From the IMG/VR virus record IMGVR_UViG_3300043313_000272: a stretch of DNA of 64,000 bases, one strand, 5' to 3'. This document shows positions 47,617 to 57,793 of the stretch, piece by piece. Numbering within the stretch: position 1 is the stretch's first letter; each line of letters begins with the position of its first letter. This stretch comes from an uncultured virus (IMG/VR IMGVR_UViG_3300043313_000272). Lineage: Duplodnaviria; Heunggongvirae; Uroviricota; Caudoviricetes. Both the position numbers and the translations under genes were made by a program. A model generated the notes under the pieces. It was given only the letters and a program-made list of their open reading frames with translations. It was not told the DNA's origin and did no database searches.

Positions 47617-47857
47617 CGCGCTCCTGCCACTCCCCCTGAAGCGCGCGGTCCTTCATCACGTCGGCTAGCCCGGCTGTGGAGTGCGGGTTGGTCCGGTTGT
47701 CCATGGTGGCGATCCAGTAGATGGCGTGGTGGTCCTCCATCGGTTGCAGGTGAGCGATCAGCGCGTAGTCGGTGAGCAGCCCCTCATCGCCCGCGACGGC
47801 AGCCAGGAAGTCCTGCACCGCTCGATCCAGTTTCTGCTGCGCATCCTCGTCAGCCAT
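47609..47857 (-). CDS. Small hypothetical protein inserted in the MuF locus
   Basis: MADEDAQQKLDRAVQ...LLTDYALI...PHSTAGL; coupled on both sides. Confidence 0.6.
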   Translation of the reverse strand: MADEDAQQKLDRAVQDFLAAVAGDEGLLTDYALIAHLQPMEDHHAIYWIATMDNRTNPHSTAGLADVMKDRALQGEWQERDG

Positions 47858-48507
47858 CAGCCACCCGCCCTGTTGAATTCGACCATTGCCTTGTTTGAGA
47901 CGTCGTTGGTTGTGCCGATCGCCACCGTGCGGGCGAGCGCGAGACCCGCGGTGACCGAGTTCCACCAGACGCCGCGCTGGTTGTGGCCACGGATCCCGGA
48001 GGGGGTTTCAGAGAACAGCCGAAGCCTCAGCTCATCCATGTCCTTGGCTTGGGCGATCTGGTGGGTTTGCGCCACCCGGTAGTTGTTCCGGTGGACCTGC
48101 ATGGCGCCCAGCCACTCTTCGGCGCGGATCTTGCCGATCGGCCCGGGATCGACGTGCATCATGGCCCGCTCTGTGATGCCGGCGTACCGGGCCGCGAGAG
48201 CCTCCTCGCAGAGCTGCAGCTGGCGGCGGATAGACACCAGCGCCCGGTCCCCCGATAACCGAGCGAGGCGTCGTACCCACCCGGAGGCCGAGTCGATCGC
48301 GTCGGTGTGCGCGTCGACGAACGCCTCCCGGAGATCATGATTGTTTCGCACACCCGCCACAGTTTTCAAGGGCACGTCTGGAATCCGGATTCGAAACTCG
48401 CGCTCGATCGCCGTAAAGGCGGCGTTTTCGTGGGGCAGCAGAGCGGCTGACAGGTCCCTGCTGAGCTCCAGGATCGCCTGCTGCGCCTCGTTGCGGGAGC
48501 GTTTCAC
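47857..48507 (-). CDS. Helical protein, probable MuF-like N-terminal part
   Basis: Follows portal; ends ...LALARTVAIGTTN..., where full-length MuF has the IARTE motif. Confidence 0.5.
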   Translation of the reverse strand: MKRSRNEAQQAILELSRDLSAALLPHENAAFTAIEREFRIRIPDVPLKTVAGVRNNHDLREAFVDAHTDAIDSASGWVRRLARLSGDRALVSIRRQLQLCEEALAARYAGITERAMMHVDPGPIGKIRAEEWLGAMQVHRNNYRVAQTHQIAQAKDMDELRLRLFSETPSGIRGHNQRGVWWNSVTAGLALARTVAIGTTNDVSNKAMVEFNRAGG

Positions 48508-50255
48508 TTCCGGTTCGTGGAGCCTGTCGCAGCCCCTGCGGTAGTGCCTGATGGTCTCACGTTGCCGTTCTGCTTGCGATCCTTGGCTTCGTCGAGGTTC
48601 TCGCCGGCCATCGCCACATCCGGAGCTGCCTCCTTGACGGCGATCATGTTCTCGGTGGCTTGTGACGCCTCGTCGGAGATCTCCGCCTCGATCTGGTCGA
48701 CCTCCTCCTCGCCGTGGCCGCGCTGCCGCAACCCTTCGCGACGGGAGATCAGCTTCGCCGTGTAGTCGTCCCGGATGGCGACGTCGTCGACGATGTAGCC
48801 GGTGCCCATGCGGATCTCGATGTCCCGGTCGGGGAACACCTGATCCGGGTCGATGTCCCACCAGTTGGGGACGTCGGGTGACGGCTGGTCATCATCCGGG
48901 TCGCGCTCGAACGGCTCGAAGCCTTCCAAGTCCTCGACGTCGTCCTCGGACACCCCGGGCAGCTTGTAGGCCGTCACGTCCAGCATCTGATTGATCATCC
49001 GGATCATGTCCGTTTTGAAGATCCGCCGCACCCGCCGCAGCTTGCCCTCGGACTTGCGGTTCAGGATCTCCAGCGCGTAGCCGGTGATCGCACCCAGGTT
49101 TTGGAAGGTGTTCGGCTCAACCCGCACCAAGCCGAAGCAGGAGTAGATCGCGTCCGCCATGATCGCCCGGACGTGCTCGATCATCTGCGTATCCGTCGGC
49201 AGCGAAACAGCGGTGATCAGGGTCGACCCGGGGAAGCCGAGCACATCCTCCAGGTCTTTGTTGACACCCTTGTCCTGCTGGATCTTCACGAACGCCTGGT
49301 CGCCCGAGACGGCCAGGTTGGAGTGGCTGTTGAATCGGGCGATCTTGTAGGCCAGCTGCTCCACCGCGTTGTACCGGTCGGTGGCATCACGAGCGGCACG
49401 GTTGACCAGCGGGTCGCCGCGGAAGCCCCTGATGCCCTCCTTGTGGACCCGGATCACACCCCACGGGATGAACGGGACGCCGAGGAACTGAGTGTCGACC
49501 GGCTTGTCTTCGCGGTCCCAGAAGGTGGTGCGCCGGCACTCAGTGTGGGTCTCGCCGTCGTCCTCGCCGTTGCCTCCGGAGCCGGTGTCGACCAGCTCGT
49601 ACACCACCTTCTCCTTGACGGTGCGGCGGGTCGTTGTCCCGTCCTTCGTGACGTCGACGTCGATCGTCTGCTCCCGGACGACCCGGCGGATGAACTGGCC
49701 GCGCGGCACATCGAACTCAACCCATTCCGCTGGCCAGAACGTCCAATAGGCGGTGCCGGTGACCGGGTCCCAGTGGGTCTCGTAGGGCACGTCGCCGGCC
49801 TGCGCACCGTCGATCATGATGGCGTCGACCGCGATGTCTTCATCCGAGAAGTTGGACAGCAGGTCGGTGGCGTCAACCGCCTGGTCGATGACCTCCTGGA
49901 GCTTATCGTTGACCTTCGGTGCGCCGCCCTCCTCCTGCTCGCTGTCGGAGACCTTGGCCTTCGCGATGATCTGGAAACCGTCGGTCAGCTGGTAGGAGAT
50001 GAACTCGACACAGTCCCGAATCTGGGTGGCCGCGGCGTGCTTCCGCTCATGCTCCTCCAGGTGCTGGCCTTCCTGGAGGTTCATCTCAGCGGCCAACGAC
50101 TCGTTGTCTACGTCGTACTGGGCGCCGTCGAAGTACAGCCGGTTCGTGGCGATCTCGGCCTTGCGGCGCTTCTCATCCTCCTTGGCGGTGACGCCCATCG
50201 TGTACGTGACGCCGGTGTTGTCAGTCCACACCTCCGAGAACACTGGCGTCGTCAT
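48504..50255 (-). CDS. Portal protein (SPP1-like)
   Basis: RLYFDGAQ, G.PFIP, ITGYALEI, KLISRRE; synteny after terminase nuclease. Confidence 0.85.
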   Translation of the reverse strand: MTTPVFSEVWTDNTGVTYTMGVTAKEDEKRRKAEIATNRLYFDGAQYDVDNESLAAEMNLQEGQHLEEHERKHAAATQIRDCVEFISYQLTDGFQIIAKAKVSDSEQEEGGAPKVNDKLQEVIDQAVDATDLLSNFSDEDIAVDAIMIDGAQAGDVPYETHWDPVTGTAYWTFWPAEWVEFDVPRGQFIRRVVREQTIDVDVTKDGTTTRRTVKEKVVYELVDTGSGGNGEDDGETHTECRRTTFWDREDKPVDTQFLGVPFIPWGVIRVHKEGIRGFRGDPLVNRAARDATDRYNAVEQLAYKIARFNSHSNLAVSGDQAFVKIQQDKGVNKDLEDVLGFPGSTLITAVSLPTDTQMIEHVRAIMADAIYSCFGLVRVEPNTFQNLGAITGYALEILNRKSEGKLRRVRRIFKTDMIRMINQMLDVTAYKLPGVSEDDVEDLEGFEPFERDPDDDQPSPDVPNWWDIDPDQVFPDRDIEIRMGTGYIVDDVAIRDDYTAKLISRREGLRQRGHGEEEVDQIEAEISDEASQATENMIAVKEAAPDVAMAGENLDEAKDRKQNGNVRPSGTTAGAATGSTNRK

Positions 50256-50437
50256 GAGTCGGATCCTAGAGTCTCCGGCGGCTCAGGGTTGCCCGGCGCG
50301 CTCGGCGGCTGTACCTCCGGGTGGGCTTTCCCGTCGTAGTCGAGGTTCAGCACCTCTACAAGCGGGGTCCGTTGCGGCACCTCACCAACCCCCATCCGAC
50401 CGTCTTGCGTCAGCCACAGGCAGGTCACTGCTCCCCC

Positions 50438-51361
50438 TCACATGTTCTCGGTGCCGTAGACCAGGCCCTTGATAATCCAGTCCAGATGCCACAGGCACAT
50501 CACGGTGTCGTCGTGCTCGCCGACACCTTGCAGCTTGCCGTCCTCCCAACCGAACGCCTCCAGCTCGGTCAGCAGGTTCTCCATCTCCTCGTGCAGCCAG
50601 CTGCCCTGCTTGAACGGGAACCGCCACTTCCGGTTCTGGAAGCGGATCAGCATGGACGGCACCCCGTGCGCCAGGTCCTTCTTGCCTGAGGAGTCGTGCC
50701 GGACAACGGGCACGTTCGTGGTGGCGGCGAGGTGCTGCCACCAAATCGACTGGGCGGCGTCGGACTCGATGACCACCATGTCCGCCTTGTATTGCCGCCA
50801 CTTCGCCTCGATCAGCTTGCACTGGGCGTCGAAGCCGAGCCGCTGCCACCGCTCCAGATACAGCAGCTGCGACAGCCCGGTGGGGACGTCGACCATCGCC
50901 GTCATGCACACCAGGTAGTCGCCGCCGGTCTTCTCCGACCAGGCCAGATCCCAGGCTTGGTAGATGGCCTGTTTGCGCACCGGGTTCCGGGTGTACGCCG
51001 GCAGGAACTCCAGGTCCATGTCGAGCATCGGAGCCATCAGCTCGCGCGGGAACAGCGACGATTCGGAGGACCGCGGGTTGGTCAGGAACTCCCGGTCGTA
51101 CAGCAGGGTGCCAACCTCTTTGCCCTTCGCGTTCAGGCACTGCGCGGACAGCTCGCAGGTCGAGCACGGCAGGTGGAACTTGACCTCCGACTGATGGTCG
51201 GGCGGCGTCGCCTCCACCTTGTCGATGCACTCCTGCTTCGCGATCGCCGGCCAGCGGTCACCCCAGAGCGCATGCCGGGTGTTGATCTGTCGGGTAGCCG
51301 GCTTGTTCTCGATGGTGGTAGAGAGGCCGCCGTCAAACTGGAAGCCCAGCTGACGATCCAT
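50438..51361 (-). CDS. terL: Terminase large subunit, C-terminal nuclease half only
   Basis: LWGDRW, REFLTNP...LF, AWDLAWS..GGDY, VIESDAAQ, HDDTVMCLW RNase H-fold residues; no Walker motifs. Confidence 0.87.
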   Translation of the reverse strand: MDRQLGFQFDGGLSTTIENKPATRQINTRHALWGDRWPAIAKQECIDKVEATPPDHQSEVKFHLPCSTCELSAQCLNAKGKEVGTLLYDREFLTNPRSSESSLFPRELMAPMLDMDLEFLPAYTRNPVRKQAIYQAWDLAWSEKTGGDYLVCMTAMVDVPTGLSQLLYLERWQRLGFDAQCKLIEAKWRQYKADMVVIESDAAQSIWWQHLAATTNVPVVRHDSSGKKDLAHGVPSMLIRFQNRKWRFPFKQGSWLHEEMENLLTELEAFGWEDGKLQGVGEHDDTVMCLWHLDWIIKGLVYGTENM

Positions 51362-51364
51362 GCC

Positions 51365-52124
51365 TCACCACCCGTGGAATTGGTACGCGATGAACAGCAC
51401 GATCATCGTCATGATGACCGCGAAAGCCCAGCCCAGACGGTAGTCGGTGCGGCCAATGTCCGGCGGCGGCTTCGGCGGTGGCTGGGCGGGTTGCTGCGGG
51501 GGAGGCTGTCTAGCCAACGGTCTGCCCTCCATCGTTCTCGACGAACACGTGCCAGATCTGGCCGAGGCGGGTGAAGCTGATCAGATGCCGCACACCGGCG
51601 ACCCCCTGAGCCGTCGGGCCGATCAGGAAGGACATCCTGCGCCTGATTGCTCTCTCCTCGGCGATGTAGTGGACCCGCACCACCAGCTCGGCTTCGAGGA
51701 CGTGCACAGCGACCGCCTTCGCGCCGTCCAGCCACATCTCGTCCCGGCTACCCGGCACCAGGGGCAGCAGCACGACCCCGTCAGTTAAGCCCATCGATTC
51801 TCTCCTTCTCAGTGGCCCAGGCGACGGCGAACACGATCAGCAGCAGCCACAGCTCCGGGTAATGCCAGATGGACAGGGCGCAGCAGTACAGCAGGAACAG
51901 CGACATCCCTAAGTTGATCAAGGTCGCGAGCCTCATGGCCGCTCGACCGTCTTGGGTGTTGGGTCGCCGATGAACCCGCCTTGGAAGGTGAAGACGACCT
52001 TCTCGACCTCCTCGCCCGATGTGATCTGCTGGAGGATCTCATTGCAGAAGCCGTCCATGGCCACCTGGTGGCCCTCACCGTTGTCGAACTCGACGCGCAC
52101 CCGGTACTTGGCTGGATAGCTCAC
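51365..52124 (-). other. Four small hypothetical ORFs, two with TM segments
   Basis: Coupled short ORFs including 52124-51933 and 51794-51510. Confidence 0.45.
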
Positions 52125-52750
52125 GGGACCTCCACGGCGATCGCCAGGTGGGTCCGCTGCCGTTGCAGCTTGGACCGGCTGGACAGGTCGTAGGCGAACC
52201 GGATGCCCCAGTTGGGGCCGATCTCAACATGCCCCTCGGAGTCGTCGTTGATCAGCCCGTACGGCAGCTCGAACTTCGGGTTGCTGGCCGCCTTCGCATA
52301 GTGCCAGGCGGTCGGCTTGATCAGGGCGTCCGGGACGAAGTGCCACAGGGTCTCCGCGTAATTCTGCGGATCCCTGCGCTGCCTGCTGGGGAACACGAGG
52401 ACGGCGAACAGGCCGATCTTCGGCACACCCTTCGGCATGTCCTGGGCCTCGCACTCGCGCCGGATCCAGCGGATCCACTTCGACTTAGCGCCCGACTGCC
52501 ACTCCCGCTGCCACCCGTTGTACACGTTCTTGCTCGGGGGGAGGAACGGCAGCACCATGCGGTACGTGAGGACGTGCCCAACCTGCTCCTCAAGCGGAAG
52601 GGCCAGGGCCACATCCCGCCTCGGGGGGAGCGGTTGACGGGTCCTGGCCGATCCATCGGCTACGGTGCGCACCGCATCGGCTATGTGTACCGGAGCACCA
52701 TCAGCTTCCTCCGGCACCTCCATGGCGTCAATAGTTCTCACCTGATTCAT
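52121..52750 (-). CDS. RusA-like Holliday junction resolvase
   Basis: LPFLPPSKN...RRDPQNY...DAL...GLINDD; start uncertain. Confidence 0.7.
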   Translation of the reverse strand: MNQVRTIDAMEVPEEADGAPVHIADAVRTVADGSARTRQPLPPRRDVALALPLEEQVGHVLTYRMVLPFLPPSKNVYNGWQREWQSGAKSKWIRWIRRECEAQDMPKGVPKIGLFAVLVFPSRQRRDPQNYAETLWHFVPDALIKPTAWHYAKAASNPKFELPYGLINDDSEGHVEIGPNWGIRFAYDLSSRSKLQRQRTHLAIAVEVP

Positions 52751-53019
52751 AGGGGCTCGAAGGTGGCGAAGTGCGCACACTGGCCGGTGTTGTGCTCGTC
52801 GCAGCCGACCGGGTGGTGTTTCTTCCGCCACCCGTCCAGCTTGGCCGAGCACTCCTTGCAGATCGGCTTCCGCTCGATGCAGCAGGGGAACTCGATCCGC
52901 ATGAACTGGACCGCCTGCCGCGCCTGGTCGGGATGCCGGCGGCAGTCGAAGTTCTCGCACATCACCGCCAGGTCGAAGATCGTCTCCAGGTCGACGTCTT
53001 CCAGGGTTCCGGTTGTCAT
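52747..53019 (-). CDS. Cys-rich hypothetical protein
   Basis: Multiple CxxC motifs; coupled. Confidence 0.55.
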   Translation of the reverse strand: MTTGTLEDVDLETIFDLAVMCENFDCRRHPDQARQAVQFMRIEFPCCIERKPICKECSAKLDGWRKKHHPVGCDEHNTGQCAHFATFEPL

Positions 53020-53219
53020 GCTTGCCTCGCTTGCAGGAGTTGGGACACGACCCGTCGCACGAACAGGTTGTCCTCCATGGCCAACCCCACGATGACACGG
53101 ACGGTCTCGGAGTGCTTGGGCGCCGCATGGCCGTAGCCCTCGATTTCTGAGGCGATGCTGTCGAGCTTCCGGATGATCGGCGGATCCAGCCGGGTGCTTA
53201 CGGTGTCCTTCGCTACCAC
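53016..53219 (-). CDS. Ribbon-helix-helix-like DNA-binding protein
   Basis: TVSTRLDPPIIRKLDSIA...SETVRVIV; preceded by leader motif at 53224-53237. Confidence 0.55.
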   Translation of the reverse strand: MVAKDTVSTRLDPPIIRKLDSIASEIEGYGHAAPKHSETVRVIVGLAMEDNLFVRRVVSQLLQARQA

Positions 53220-53474
53220 GATTCTCCTTGCCAGGTGGGGCTTACCTGTCAAGGGTAGCGGATCGTATACGTTTCGTCTACGTTTTTTGGCCGCGTTTCC
53301 AAACGTGGCCACAGTCGGGGCAGCGCCACACGTTCGTCTGCTCCTCGGTCGGCTCGTGCGTGTCCTCGGTGACCTCAATGGCCCGAGTGAACAGCTTCTT
53401 GAGGTGCCGGTATTGCCGCTTGACCGTGCGATCGCGCAGCGACACCTTGCAGCTCGGGCACTGCTGGGGGAGCT

Positions 53475-53771
53475 TCATAGCGCCTGGAACGTGGAGCCGC
53501 AGGCGAGGCAGCGGGACTGGCCGTTGACCCTCTCAGATCGCAGCTCCAACGGATGCCGGCACAACCTGGCCGGCGTCATCATCCTCGGCGTCTGCCGGAC
53601 CTGTATTACGCGGGACCGCGGCATGTCACGCGCCAGCTGATCCTGGCAGGCTTTGATCACCCATTCCGACCGATTCATCGCCATCTCCGCCGCCGCCGCG
53701 TCGATTTGGGCCAGCAGCCCAGGCGGCGTACGGACGTTGAGCTTCCCTTGCTCGTCCTGCTCCTCCGGCAT
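53475..53771 (-). CDS. Ribbon-helix-helix DNA-binding protein plus Zn ribbon
   Basis: GKLNVRTPPGLLAQIDAAAAEMAMNRSEWVIKAC. Confidence 0.7.
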   Translation of the reverse strand: MPEEQDEQGKLNVRTPPGLLAQIDAAAAEMAMNRSEWVIKACQDQLARDMPRSRVIQVRQTPRMMTPARLCRHPLELRSERVNGQSRCLACGSTFQAL

Positions 53772-53865
53772 GTATCACCTTCCCCCGATGTGAATCGGAG
53801 GCTACCGGAAATGACAGCCGTGTGATCCGGCTGGCGTAGACGTGCCCAATTGTTATGCTTCGGAT

Positions 53866-54057
53866 ATGTCCACGCGGCGAGCACACCCAGATCACGCGTC
53901 GATAACGGATCGGCGCGCGGCGCTGGAGCGTTCCCTCCGGCACTTCCTGGAGATCCAGGAGGAGGCTCAGGAAATGACCGTGATCCAGGGGCAAGGCCGG
54001 GATGAGGCGCGGAGCACAAGCAGCTCGCCGACCGCCTCCAAGATCGTCTCCCAATAG
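53866..54057 (+). CDS. Possible leaderless plus-strand small protein
   Basis: Extended -10 TGtTATGCT at 53851-53859, ATG 6 nt later; lies in a gap between minus-strand genes. Confidence 0.35.
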   Translation: MSTRRAHPDHASITDRRAALERSLRHFLEIQEEAQEMTVIQGQGRDEARSTSSSPTASKIVSQ

Positions 54058-54093
54058 ACCACAGCCTGGACGTCCCGCACGTCTTCGGCGAGA

Positions 54094-56081
54094 TCACGCT
54101 CCGTTGCCGCTAGGTCGTCCAGCTCCCTCAGCTCTATCTCGGTCATCGTCGACCTCCCCGACCGGACCCCACTTCTCGGGGTGAATCCGTCTGTCAGATC
54201 TAGTCAACCTTGCGACGGCCTCTGCCGGCGTGATCTCGCCGCTTCTCAGTAGCGCGCGTGTCCGATCCATGCTCGCTCGGGCGACGTCATCGGCGCGAGT
54301 GGCGAACCGCATAGCCTGCTCTGACGCCTCAGCTGGGGAGAGCAGGTCAGCCACTTTCGGCGCCCACGGTGGCAGCGGCCACACGGCTCCCCCTAACCCT
54401 TGTCATGGTGACGCACCTCCACCTTGTTCATGGCGACGGGCAGCGCCTCGATCTGGAATCCGCCGAAGGTGGCCGCGTCGAGGCTGAGCGCGAACCCGTT
54501 GTCCAGGTCCTCCAGCATCCACTGGTTTCCGGACCCGTCGCTGATCAGCACATACTTCGGGTCGCCCTGCGGTGTGTCCACCGGGATCGCGATGATCATG
54601 AGGGTTCTCCCAGTTCGGCTGCCCACTTGTCGCGGCGCTCGATCGAGTGGGCCATGATCTCGTTCATCCAGTCGGGGGCGACGCCGTCTTCCCAACGCCA
54701 CTTCAGCCAGTACAGCTCCTTGTTGACGGTGGAGAGGCGGCTGCCCTTCAGCACCTGATGGGCGAACACGCTGAGGTCAAGCTCCCAGACACCGCCGCGA
54801 TGGTCGACCTCCACCTCGCCGTCGACGGTCACGCGCGTCCAGGTGACCTTCGCCAGGTACGGCTGAAAGGGCGGGCGCGATCGATCCTGGATTATCTCCA
54901 CGTGGCCGACGTCGTACTCCAGCAGGATGCTGTCGGTGACCTTCCTGCTCGGGTAGACCTGCGGGCCTTTCACTTCCGCCCCCGGTTGGCCTTCCGGGAG
55001 GCTCGCGCCTGCTTGGTCTTGGCCCGGTTCGCCTTCGCCTTCCGATGCCGCGGCGGCGGCTGGAGCGGCTCGACTTCGTAGTTGCCGGCTATCGGCTTGA
55101 TGAGGCTCATCCCGTCGAGGACGTTTCGCCAATCGATTGTGGCCATGCTTGTTCTCCTTCTTTGCCAGGTGTGTTGTGTGGGCGGCTGACCGCTTCCCTG
55201 AGACGGATCACTCGGGATCGTCTGACAGCCAGCCGCCCTTTCCTCCCCTGTGCGACGCCGTTATGGCGACGACAGAAGCTCCAGATACCCTCGGTCGTGC
55301 ATCCAGTGGTAGATCTCGTTCCAATCGCCCGAGTAGATCACCTCGTCGTTGTCGTCCCAGATGTCGAGCTTCCAGACCGCCGGGTCGGCTTGGATGATCG
55401 TGAACCGTTTCCTCATGCCGGCCAGCTCCAGCATCTCGGTGTCGAAGTAGGCGACCTCCACGCCGGCGGGCAGGTTGTCACGAAGCACTTGCAACGCGTC
55501 GCCGGCCATTTCCCACCTCCTCGTACACCTTGACCGTCATGTTCATATGCCCAAGCAGCTCGGACAATAACAGATCCGGGTTCTCCAGGTCGGGCTCGTC
55601 GAGCGCCTCCTGCAGCCGGCTGGCGGTCCGCTTCCAGGTGTCTATGTTGCAGTTCAGCTCAACCACGGGTTGGCCGTTGGTGCTCATGACGCCTCCTCAA
55701 CCGAGAGGACCTGCACCTCGTAGGCGGGCACGTCTGCGTCGGCTGCGTGGTGCAGCTTGGCCGCGCGCCGGGCTGCCGGCACATGATCCTTCTCGATCTC
55801 GGTGGTGACCTTCGGGCCCTCCAGATCCTTGGTGGCCCATTGGGTGGTGACCAGGAACTTCATGCAGGCACCCCCATCGGGGTGACCTCGACGACAACCA
55901 CGTTGTCCGCGAAGTGCGAGCGGACCTCGTTGAAGCCGAAGCGGGCGGCTGCGTCGGACACCTTGACGTTGATGTCCAGCACCGCGCCGTCGACTAACAC
56001 GCCGTCGGTGCTGTCGCCCTGCAACAGCGACACCTCAGTGCCCCAAGCCTTACGGACCATCACTACGGTGAAGTCGGACAT
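54094..56081 (-). other. Cluster of about eight small hypothetical ORFs
   Basis: Coupled ORFs including 56081-55860, 55687-55478, 55509-55261, 55146-~54970, 54384-54094; leader motif at 55161-55171. Confidence 0.5.
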
Positions 56082-56087
56082 TTTGAT

Positions 56088-56149
56088 CTCCCTTGCCAGG
56101 TGGATTTTCGATCTAGGACAAACCTATGGGACCACCCCGGTGTTGTCAA
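56088..56149 (-). promoter_or_regulatory. Promoter TTGACA-N17-TAGGTT plus CACCTGGCAAGGGAG leader motif
   Basis: -35 56144-56149, -10 56121-56126. Confidence 0.85.
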
Positions 56150-56162
56150 GAGTTTGGGGAGA

Positions 56163-57092
56163 TTAGAGTCCTTTTCTTCCTAGCCAGACGCGACTTGCCT
56201 TCACCAGCTTGCCGGCGGGAGTGAAGATGCTCCACTTGCTGCGCGACCTCAGATACTCCTTCACCGCCACGGCGTACTCGACGTCAGCGGCGTCCGCCGG
56301 GGTGGCTGGGTCGATCGGCACAGGTGGCAGCGGCAGCACACGACCGGTCAGGGAGTGGAAGGCGGCGGCGAGCTTGTCGCGACTGATGCCCTCCTGGAAT
56401 TGGGAGGTTCCGAGGTTCTCGGGCCAGATCACCGCCCACGCCTCGTCCACGCACTCCTGGAAGCCACGATCGGTGAAGGTGCGCACCTGGCCCCACGTCT
56501 TCAGATCCTTGCCGGGGCCGACGCGGTCGGAGTCGAAGCCGCCGAAGACCACCGAGTGGCCGCCGGCGTCGACGTCGCCGGGGTGGTAGTCAAACGGCAG
56601 ATTGTTCGGCCAGTCGTGGGACATATGCAGCTCTTGCACGGTGAACCCGACCCACAGCGCGCCGAAGATCGAGATCGCCGCCTCGACTTCCTCCAGGTTC
56701 TTGTGGTCGACCTTGGCGAAGGCGATCGGGAACACCCCGTCCGTCCCGCCATTCTTGATCAGGTAGTCGAGCAGGAGGTGGATGTACATCCCCTCGTCTT
56801 GCCCATTGTCGAAGTCCGGATTCTGGGTCCGGTAGATCGCCAGGACTTCGTCGAGGGTGAAGTAGCGTTCCGCGCCGACCAGCCGGGACATGAGGCGCCG
56901 GAGGTCGGCGTAAGTGACCGCGACGCAGTCGCCCCACCGGTCGTTGCCGAGCATCTTCCAGCCGGCGATGTTCAGGTGGTGCGCCTCGGGTGGATGGTCC
57001 GGGACGGTGCCGGAGAGGATCGAGCGGAGTCGCAGCGCCGGCTTGTCCAGCGGCGGCTTCTTCCCCAGCTTCAGTCCAAGTTCCCAGCTCAC
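56163..57092 (-). CDS. Papain-fold cysteine peptidase-like protein
   Basis: GNDRWGDCV (catalytic Cys), GGHSV (His), KTWG. Confidence 0.7.
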   Translation of the reverse strand: MSWELGLKLGKKPPLDKPALRLRSILSGTVPDHPPEAHHLNIAGWKMLGNDRWGDCVAVTYADLRRLMSRLVGAERYFTLDEVLAIYRTQNPDFDNGQDEGMYIHLLLDYLIKNGGTDGVFPIAFAKVDHKNLEEVEAAISIFGALWVGFTVQELHMSHDWPNNLPFDYHPGDVDAGGHSVVFGGFDSDRVGPGKDLKTWGQVRTFTDRGFQECVDEAWAVIWPENLGTSQFQEGISRDKLAAAFHSLTGRVLPLPPVPIDPATPADAADVEYAVAVKEYLRSRSKWSIFTPAGKLVKASRVWLGRKGL

Positions 57093-57568
57093 GTCAGCTG
57101 CAGAACGACGATGACCAGAATGATGATGATGAGCACCCCGATAACGGTGCCGATGACTCCACGGTCCATGGCAGAAACGTATCGACCCCAGGGTCCCAAG
57201 CTAGGGATTTACCCGGGGTCGCTGTCACACCGTCTACTTCTTGGGTTTCCCGGTCTTGGGGTTGACCGACTTCGACGTCCCGAAGATGTTCGTCTTGATC
57301 AGCGTCGCCTTGCGTAGCTCAGCCGGCTTCAGGGGTTTCTTGGCCATCGTTCACCTCCTCTCAGTCCATCACGTCGGGATCGATCCACGGCTCCGGGATC
57401 AGGTCCCAACCGGTGATCCAGTCACCGGGGGCGGCGACGCGGGGCGAGCGGCTTTCGAGGATCACCTTGTCGCCGGTGACTTCGACCACTTCCGCCTCCA
57501 CTGTGTAGCTGGGTCCGTCTTTGGCTCCGGCAGCCATATACACCAGCAACCGGTCGCCGGGCTTGGAC

Positions 57569-57793
57569 TCAGGCACGTCTCTTCCTCCGGCCTTGCCACC
57601 AGCCAGGCCCGGGATGGTTCCACCGGTCCTGGTAGGTGTCGTGCTCGTGGTTGATGGTGCGGGAGCCGTTGCCGAAGAACGGGATCCGCCAATGCCAGGT
57701 GTGCGAGTTGATCCGGAACCGCAGGCCCTTGCGGGACCAGTTGTACCGGAGGACCGGCAGCACCGGAATGTTTCCGCGGTCAAGCCAGGGCAT
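57569..57793 (-). CDS. DUF4236-like small basic protein
   Basis: IPVLPVLRYNWSRKG...NHPGPG. Confidence 0.4.
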   Translation of the reverse strand: MPWLDRGNIPVLPVLRYNWSRKGLRFRINSHTWHWRIPFFGNGSRTINHEHDTYQDRWNHPGPGWWQGRRKRRA

